From: Bdellovibrionota bacterium
GTDB lineage: Bacteria; Bdellovibrionota_C; UBA2361; JBIKWN01
DNA length: 64,000 nucleotides
NCBI GenBank assembly: GCA_044356295.1
Contig: JBIKWN010000009.1
Location: forward strand, 912-64,911
Direction: 5' to 3'
Under the pieces are notes generated by a model. It was not told the origin of the DNA. It saw nothing but the letters and a program-made list of their open reading frames with translations, and did not search any database. The first letter of the stretch is position 1. Each line of letters starts with the position of its first letter. Below, piece by piece: positions 57,965 through 64,000 of this stretch. Made by a program: the position numbers and the translations under genes.

Positions 57965-58032
57965 CTCCTACTTAAATCTAATGCAACATATCGCGAAGCA
58001 CAGACATAACTACTTCTACTATTTGAGGTTTT

Positions 58033-59013
58033 ATGTCTGAATTACGTTTTTTAAGCAAAAGAGAGATCGAGTGTCCCGACCGACGCAGTGAGCATCTACT
58101 ATCTTTGCCTGACAGTTCGCGCTTAGACGGATCAGATTTTCGAATAGGATTCGGAACAAATACTTCAGCTGAAGGACCAGATGCACACTTGTTTTCAGAT
58201 ACTGCACAAGTGACAGAACAAAAACCTGAAAACTTTTTCGAAGAAAATCGAGTAGATTTTGCACATCTTAGCCCAGTTGAATTTGCCGATTGTTTATCTG
58301 TATCAATTCCCCCTGTTTCTAACGAAGAGCATTTATACGCTCTGCAAACTATTCGACCTGAGCTAAGGGTTGATTTTATTGATTCTCCACAAGATGCAAT
58401 TTGGGTTCGCCTTGAAGAAAAAAATCCAGCTCTTGAAAAGCAGTTAGATGATATCAATAAATATCATGCAAACTACATCGAATTGAGTCAACAACAACCT
58501 CTTTTCTATACCAGACAAGATGAAGGAATGAGCCGGATTTGTCCCAGCAAGTCAAATGGATGGTTACACTTTAAAATCGAAAATACTCAAAGTTCGCCTG
58601 CGGACAATGTACAGATTTCGGATGCTGTTAAACCAAAACTTTATGTAACAATTCCTGAAGCAGAAAAGAATTTCAATCTTGAAACAATTCGTAACGTAAT
58701 TAAATCTTTAACTGAATCCGGTATTAGTTTTTCGCTTAAGATTCCGCGACATTCTGGACAAGTTCAATATTGCTTCGATAATATTGTAGTGCATGTATCC
58801 GATACAGAGACCGCACTTAAAGCCGGTAAGATAATTGCCGCGTCCTTGAATGACATAAGGCCAGAGATAACTTATGGTGCCGATGTGGACGGAAAATCTT
58901 ATTCTGCGATACTTACCGAAGCTACAAAACGCGTCCAAGATGGACTTGACAATAGTTTATCGATTCCATTAGCCCTTTCACAAACTCTAGAAAAATTTAA
59001 AGTAAACCTATAG
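58033..59013 (+). CDS. Cassette 7, hypothetical protein (possible HopA1/lyase-like C-terminal domain)
   Basis: ORF between attC6 and attC7; KLYVTI...SLKI...DNIVVH pattern. Confidence 0.7.
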   Translation: MSELRFLSKREIECPDRRSEHLLSLPDSSRLDGSDFRIGFGTNTSAEGPDAHLFSDTAQVTEQKPENFFEENRVDFAHLSPVEFADCLSVSIPPVSNEEHLYALQTIRPELRVDFIDSPQDAIWVRLEEKNPALEKQLDDINKYHANYIELSQQQPLFYTRQDEGMSRICPSKSNGWLHFKIENTQSSPADNVQISDAVKPKLYVTIPEAEKNFNLETIRNVIKSLTESGISFSLKIPRHSGQVQYCFDNIVVHVSDTETALKAGKIIAASLNDIRPEITYGADVDGKSYSAILTEATKRVQDGLDNSLSIPLALSQTLEKFKVNL

Positions 59014-59022
59014 ATATTCCAG

Positions 59023-59116
59023 GCACAACAAAAAGATCGAAAAGATTTACGCCCGCTTAACCTTTTGACTTGATTAAGATTTATATGGGCGTAAACTTTT
59101 CATCCAAACGTTAGCC
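59023..59116 (+). repeat. attC7 (family C)
   Basis: GCACAAC...TTTACGCCC/GGGCGTAAA...GTTAGCC. Confidence 0.9.
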
Positions 59117-59117
59117 T

Positions 59118-60032
59118 ATGAAATTCACTTTTGATAAAGCCTCATGCATTGGGGTTATTGCACTATTCCTGTGGGCATCGACATTGCCCTTTGCCAAGCA
59201 GTGTTCTGATCACATAGGCCCATACACAACTGTTGCAATCGCCTATTCAATAAGTGGATTAATTGGAATTGTATGGTCATTATCTGTTCGTAAAAAGAAT
59301 CCGCTGAGGTGGGAAGTTATTGGGTACAGATTGTTTGCGTTAAGGGTAGCAATGTATATTTGCTATTTCATACTGCTTTACTCTGCAATTGGCATGGTCG
59401 CATTGGCTAATTATCCAATAGTTATCTTACTAAACTATCTTTGGCCTAGTTTTACATTATTATTCTCACTGATTCTTTTTAGGCAAAAAATTCGAACGAG
59501 TATTTTGATATTGGGAACCACATTGATTGTTGCTGGTATCAGTATCGAAGTACTTTTTTCTGGGGTACTCGGAAATCAAACTGCCGTATCGATTCAGCCT
59601 TTGCCTTACATTTTTGCTTTTTTTGCTGCATTCACATGGGGGTTATACTCCGCCTTAAATAGAAGGTGGAGTGATACTAGTACCAAAGGAGAAGAAATCC
59701 CTGGAATCATGCTCTCAATAGGTATCTTCTTTACAATCGTCGCCTGGTTTCATCGAGAGAACCTCAATTTCGACTTAGATGTCATTATTCCTTTAACTTA
59801 TTTGAGTTTGGTTCCTTTCGTTTCAAATGTTTGCTGGGATATTGGAACTCGTAAAGGGAATCTGAATTCATTAAGTCTGCTTGCCGATTTTATTCCTTGG
59901 CTATCTCTTACAATTACTGCCGTTTATCTTAAGATTCCGATTGGATATGCAACATGGGCTGCGGCAGTATTAATAGTAATCGGGGCGCTTATTTCAAGGT
60001 ATTCATTAAAAGCTGCAAAGGGGCTAGGCTAA
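59118..60032 (+). CDS. Cassette 8, EamA/DMT transporter (YddG-like)
   Basis: About 10 TM; ALFLWAS, LLNYLWP, AAFTWGLYS, WDIG..KGN. Confidence 0.85.
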   Translation: MKFTFDKASCIGVIALFLWASTLPFAKQCSDHIGPYTTVAIAYSISGLIGIVWSLSVRKKNPLRWEVIGYRLFALRVAMYICYFILLYSAIGMVALANYPIVILLNYLWPSFTLLFSLILFRQKIRTSILILGTTLIVAGISIEVLFSGVLGNQTAVSIQPLPYIFAFFAAFTWGLYSALNRRWSDTSTKGEEIPGIMLSIGIFFTIVAWFHRENLNFDLDVIIPLTYLSLVPFVSNVCWDIGTRKGNLNSLSLLADFIPWLSLTITAVYLKIPIGYATWAAAVLIVIGALISRYSLKAAKGLG

Positions 60033-60125
60033 CAAAAAACGCCACGCAGAATTCTAACCCGCTGAATTTTTTGCATGAATAAGAAATTGTTCTGGGTTAG
60101 AATCTGGTGCGTTTAAACGTTACAC
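60027..60125 (+). repeat. attC8 (family A)
   Basis: GGCTAAC...family A hairpin...GTTACAC. Confidence 0.9.
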
Positions 60126-60180
60126 ACTTAAATTTTCCCGCATAACACAGATAATAAATTTAAAACTTGATAGGATTTAT

Positions 60181-60501
60181 ATGGAACACAAAATTGAAGA
60201 CATAGTAGTAACTGACCTTTCACAACAACCTGAATTGAAAAAAGAGCGTTTGCAGTTAGCCGCCGCGAAAGCTATTTACGACTTGCTCGTTCATCAGAAT
60301 ACATCTAACGAACTAGGATTAGTTTCTGAGGTAGATGAAGTCAAAGTTGATTTAGCAAGCACTACGTTTGAAGATTTGCCTGAAGCACATAGAGCAGCGC
60401 TTATTAAAGCTATTTCAACTGTCCTCAATGATGGTGGATTTAATGGCGTTGGTTTAGTGGTTGATGCGCTTAATTTACCTTGCTATTTATGGAATGACTA
60501 A
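60181..60501 (+). CDS. Cassette 9, hypothetical protein
   Basis: ORF with an AGGA ribosome-binding site, between attC8 and attC9. Confidence 0.78.
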   Translation: MEHKIEDIVVTDLSQQPELKKERLQLAAAKAIYDLLVHQNTSNELGLVSEVDEVKVDLASTTFEDLPEAHRAALIKAISTVLNDGGFNGVGLVVDALNLPCYLWND

Positions 60502-60505
60502 ACGT

Positions 60506-60603
60506 GTGTAACAAAAAACGCCACGCAGAATTGTAACCCATGAAATTTTTGCATGTATAGAAGTCCCGTTTGGGTTACAATCTGGTGCGTTTAAACGTTA
60601 TAC
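60506..60603 (+). repeat. attC9 (family A)
   Basis: GTGTAAC...family A hairpin...GTTATAC. Confidence 0.9.
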
Positions 60604-60667
60604 GCTTAAGTCACATTTTTTAGTTAGAGCTTATAACCTAAAATGAATTTTAAAGTGGAGACTTATT

Positions 60668-61174
60668 ATGAACATCTTTGGCAAGGTAGTTGTTAAAACC
60701 CCTGGAGGTGGAACGGATGAAGCGATGCATTCGGGAACCCCGTTTGGCATTGTGCGCCAAACTACTTCACCTACTTTGGGTATCCTTGGTTTTATTAATG
60801 AGCAACCTTCGATCAAGTCGCTTCTGCAAAGCGGAGCGCGTCTTAAGGCGATCTCTAAACACATTGTAGATCCTAGTGCGCAGGCATTAGATATGAACGA
60901 TGATGTAATAGATCGTGCACAGGCAATTATCACAATCCCACATAAGTTTATTGGAATTAATTCTTCTAGACATGTAATAAAGATAGAAGCGCTTGAGCAA
61001 AAAAATGGATTTCACGGCAACGAAGAGTATCGTTTACAGATCTGGGGACCTAAAGTTTTAGGGCTTTTTCGTCGTCCACAAACATGTGATTTGATTGTAA
61101 ACAAAGCTGAAGATTTAAAAACGCTCATGGAATTACATATTGGGCAAGGCGTTCTAAAACATATCCGCGCATAA
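60668..61174 (+). CDS. Cassette 10, hypothetical protein
   Basis: GGAG ribosome-binding site; stop codon lies in the inverse core. Confidence 0.8.
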   Translation: MNIFGKVVVKTPGGGTDEAMHSGTPFGIVRQTTSPTLGILGFINEQPSIKSLLQSGARLKAISKHIVDPSAQALDMNDDVIDRAQAIITIPHKFIGINSSRHVIKIEALEQKNGFHGNEEYRLQIWGPKVLGLFRRPQTCDLIVNKAEDLKTLMELHIGQGVLKHIRA

Positions 61175-61264
61175 CAAATGCCTCGATGGTGAGGCGCGAC
61201 CGCGCGGGGTTGTGGTTGTTTAAAAGTCTGATTTGGTCGCGCCCACATCAGGCAAACGTTATGC
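61169..61264 (+). repeat. attC10 (family B)
   Basis: GCATAAC...GGCGCGACC/GGTCGCGCC...GTTATGC. Confidence 0.9.
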
Positions 61265-61325
61265 GCCATATAGTGTTTTTCCCCCATAACTACTAGCAAA
61301 TTAAATAAAGAGAGAAGAACAATAG

Positions 61326-62168
61326 ATGCATCAGAGCCAGGAACCAAGCAATCAAACTTCCAGAGAAACTGAGATTGGATCCTTCATTGAAAGAAGACTT
61401 CAAGAGATACGCGACCAAAGTAAAGTTACATGCGCTGTTATTGAAATCACTCCTGATGGAGTTCTTCTTAATAATAAACCTTTTAATGAGGGTGATGTCT
61501 TTCAATTAGAATTAAAACTTACTAAATCACGCGGTGAGTTGAGAACGAGAAGGCAAGGCGAACAAATTGTTGCTATGTTTGAGTCCCCAGAAACGGGGCT
61601 TATCGAAGAGACAATACCAGTAAACTCAACCCGTATTGCCGTGTTTCAAGGAAGTAGCTTTCGTTTCGCCCCCGATTCAGTGAATGTTAAGTTAGATAAA
61701 AGTGGCTCACTTCTGGCTGACGGTAATGAGATTCAATCATTTGGTAAAGTTCAGATTGGGGTGGGAAATATATTGATTGAGAAATGTGAGGATACATGGA
61801 AGTTTGATTTTATGCATCCAGATTCTGATGAGGTGGATCTTCGTCGCACTATAGTAGTCAATCATCCCGGCGAATATTCCTTTCATTATATGATGGGATT
61901 AATGATTTTTTCTCATGCAACAATTGAGCATTCACCCAATGGCTACACCATCAATAAACAACCAGTACAAATTGGGGAGAAGATACCTTTTCACGTTGAT
62001 GTAGGGGCTGAACTATGGTTAGAGGGTGGCTCAGAAGGTTTAGTAGTATGTTATGGTGTTGAAGGGCGTGCTCTTCGCGCTGTTGCTCTTAACGAGTCCA
62101 GTATATTGGAACGATATAGAATATCATATAATTCTGGACCTGGTCTTGAAGTTGAAGTTCTAGGATGA
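61326..62168 (+). CDS. Cassette 11, hypothetical beta-rich protein
   Basis: ORF between attC10 and attC11. Confidence 0.78.
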   Translation: MHQSQEPSNQTSRETEIGSFIERRLQEIRDQSKVTCAVIEITPDGVLLNNKPFNEGDVFQLELKLTKSRGELRTRRQGEQIVAMFESPETGLIEETIPVNSTRIAVFQGSSFRFAPDSVNVKLDKSGSLLADGNEIQSFGKVQIGVGNILIEKCEDTWKFDFMHPDSDEVDLRRTIVVNHPGEYSFHYMMGLMIFSHATIEHSPNGYTINKQPVQIGEKIPFHVDVGAELWLEGGSEGLVVCYGVEGRALRAVALNESSILERYRISYNSGPGLEVEVLG

Positions 62169-62170
62169 GC

Positions 62171-62266
62171 GCATAACAAAACGATCGAGTAAGATTTTGC
62201 ACTATATAATCCAGTGGTTAGACTAAGATTCGGTTTAGTGCAAAACTTCTCATCGAAACGTTGTCC
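62171..62266 (+). repeat. attC11 (family C-like)
   Basis: GCATAAC...TTTTGCACTA/TAGTGCAAAA...GTTGTCC. Confidence 0.88.
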
Positions 62267-62276
62267 GCTTTAATCC

Positions 62277-62810
62277 ATGAAACGATCAATCGTAATATTT
62301 CCTGAGTTTACAAATGTACATGTCATACATGACATTCGTACAAAGTATGATCCGCTAGCGGAAAAAGTGGCACCGCATGTAACGCTAGTTTTTCCCTTCG
62401 ACTCAGACTTAACTCAAGACGAAATTGTTGGCGATCTTAAGAATAGTCTTGCAGATATCACGGCATTCCCTCTTCAGCTTCAAGGCTTTTCGATTCAAGA
62501 TGAAGAGTACGTATTTTTGAATGTACTTGAAGGAGATATAGGATTAATTAATTTGCATATAGCCTTGTACAAGGGGCTACTTTCATCCTATTTAAACACT
62601 TCCATAAAATACGTACCTCACCTGACGGTAGGACGATTTACTAACATAGCAAAATTACATCAGGCCTATGAGGACTGTTGTAAAATTGAAGAAACGTTCA
62701 GCTGTATAGTGAATAAAATTTCTATTGAGGAAATTCGAGGTGATGACACTTCTGTGATTGAGTGTGACATAGGGCTCGCGGACAACAATCAACGCCACGC
62801 AGAATTCTAA
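62277..62810 (+). CDS. Cassette 12, 2H phosphoesterase (2'-5' RNA ligase family, YjcG-like)
   Basis: Two HxT motifs (PHVTLVFPF, PHLTVGR) and RTKYDPL; the ORF reads into the attC. Confidence 0.88.
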   Translation: MKRSIVIFPEFTNVHVIHDIRTKYDPLAEKVAPHVTLVFPFDSDLTQDEIVGDLKNSLADITAFPLQLQGFSIQDEEYVFLNVLEGDIGLINLHIALYKGLLSSYLNTSIKYVPHLTVGRFTNIAKLHQAYEDCCKIEETFSCIVNKISIEEIRGDDTSVIECDIGLADNNQRHAEF

Positions 62811-62878
62811 CCTCTGAAATTTTGTTCATGATTAAGGTTTTGGTTTGGGTTAGAATCTGCTGCTTTTAAACGTATACC
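62780..62878 (+). repeat. attC12 (family A, damaged core)
   Basis: GGACAAC...family A hairpin...AAAC-GTATAC; the GTT core is lost. Confidence 0.8.
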
Positions 62879-62889
62879 CCCATGATCAG

Positions 62890-63276
62890 ATGTTTAGATT
62901 AATCTATGTAACTTTGCCCTTGTTACTTACGCCATATCTTGCCCATGCTTGCGGAGGACCAGTAGGAACAAGGATGCGTGCTGCTCCTTTTGAGGAGCAA
63001 TCTATTGGAGATCGCGGCACTCCTTTTGTTAATAATTTGGCCTCTGAAACTTGCTTTTTTGCTAGAGATTGCAACATTAATGTTTTCTTTCTCGATACAA
63101 AGTCTGCACGTATATTATGGGGCTCCAAAGATGTTTTCTGTACCTCAGAGGACAGATCCAAATTACGTCATGCATTTATTTCTGTGAACTGGCCTGTAAT
63201 GCTGCCCTTGTTAGTTTTGTGCATATTTCTTTTTCGTTGGAAAATTGTGCGTAAACTGGACAACAATAAGTTCTGA
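62890..63276 (+). CDS. Probable cassette 13, exported/membrane-anchored hypothetical protein
   Basis: Signal peptide and C-terminal TM; inverse-core-like GGACAAC at 63258. Confidence 0.6.
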   Translation: MFRLIYVTLPLLLTPYLAHACGGPVGTRMRAAPFEEQSIGDRGTPFVNNLASETCFFARDCNINVFFLDTKSARILWGSKDVFCTSEDRSKLRHAFISVNWPVMLPLLVLCIFLFRWKIVRKLDNNKF

Positions 63277-63371
63277 TTATTCGTATTCGAAAGCTATATT
63301 CTCGGTAGCAAAAGTATTGTTATAGTATAAAGGTGACGCCACCCGTTTTTATTCACAAACAGGTAGCGTCA

Positions 63372-63504
63372 TGCTCTGTAGAAAAAATATTCGTTCGTCT
63401 TCTCTGTCGCCTTCTCGTTAAATTTTAGGGTTATATATAAGAGGAAAAATAACGCGAAGGACACGAAGGAGGATTACGAAAATGTTTATGTTTTCTACAG
63501 AGCA
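63372..63504. mobile_element. 133-bp MITE with 14-bp terminal inverted repeats and 9-bp target-site duplication
   Basis: TGCTCTGTAGAAAA...TTTTCTACAGAGCA flanked by GTAGCGTCA at 63363-63371 and 63505-63513. Confidence 0.85.
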
Positions 63505-63523
63505 GTAGCGTCACCGTTATTTC

Positions 63524-63597
63524 CAGAATTTTAATCCATGGAATTTTTTAGAATGAGTAGAAGTTTCGTTTGGCTTATACAGTCTGGTGCATTTAAC
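63524..63597 (+). repeat. Degenerate attC remnant (family A)
   Basis: Closely matches the internal and right part of attC6; left end and GTT core are missing. Confidence 0.75.
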
Positions 63598-63621
63598 CAC
63601 CATGCACCAAACTAAACTACG

Positions 63622-63903
63622 ATGACACGAATTTATAGCGACGATGAGGCTGGATTGAAACACGGCTCTCGATTTAAACTTTTGAAATCTTCACCTACCA
63701 TTAAGACAGCTGAGCAACGAATATTGCCTGTTGGAGAGATTATAGTCTTCGATTACGCAGGTAATAACCACTGGGATGATATAGACACGTATTGTTTTCT
63801 TTCGAAGGAAGGTGAAAAAATATTTATTCTTTTTGATGCGCAACTTTCTAGGCAAGAGAAACTTGAGCAACTATTTAAAGAGTACCTAGAACCTATAGAA
63901 TAA
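63622..63903 (+). CDS. Probable cassette 14, hypothetical protein
   Basis: ORF followed by TTATAAC at 63907. Confidence 0.6.
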   Translation: MTRIYSDDEAGLKHGSRFKLLKSSPTIKTAEQRILPVGEIIVFDYAGNNHWDDIDTYCFLSKEGEKIFILFDAQLSRQEKLEQLFKEYLEPIE

Positions 63904-64000
63904 AGTTTATAACAACTAGAACTACGTAGGATTGTGATCTGATCCGCAAAAAGTGAAGAGTCTTATTCGAATAAGAAATATGCCGATGATCCAAGATATG

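Larger units (their letters stand above)
53148..64000. mobile_element. Integron with at least 12 gene cassettes (continues past the window)
   Basis: intI divergent from a cassette array; each cassette is bounded by GTTRRRY-like and RYYYAAC-like cores with ~90-100-bp attC hairpins. Confidence 0.95.

Noticed and set aside
54813-62878. Recurring ~95-bp repeats as a CRISPR array or REP cluster
   Set aside because: They are separated by whole ORFs, have AAC/GTT cores and sit beside intI, so they are attC sites. No cas genes are present.

Overview
AT-rich bacterial chromosome-like segment. The gene content (multiple short flagellins, sigma54/sigma28 promoters, CheX, SxtJ/carbamoyltransferase, an RRM protein) suggests a Bdellovibrionota/delta-proteobacterium-like organism; this taxonomy is inference only. 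Positions 1-52.7 kb hold tightly packed housekeeping genes: pheST, murJ, amgK/murU, clpSA-aat, ung, rsgA, trpS, folC, two tRNAs, and flagellar, chemotaxis and ABC-transporter genes. At 34.2-38.3 kb, among these genes, sits a complete plasmid-type replicon module: non-canonical parS-like palindromes, parB, parA, six ~22-bp-phased iterons with an AT-rich tract, and an RPA-family repA. No mobile-element boundary is visible around it. From 53.1 kb to the end is an integron: intI, attI, 12 cassettes each followed by an attC site (the 12th damaged), and a decaying distal end with a MITE nested in a REP-like hairpin. Less usual features are a degenerate IntI-like ORF directly behind intI, three 29-bp palindromes between intI and attI, an RRM-bS18 fusion, a flagellin-like protein with FG-GAP repeats, a PheT lacking the B2 domain, and several apparently leaderless genes. 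All calls come from reading motifs by eye; no database searches were run.
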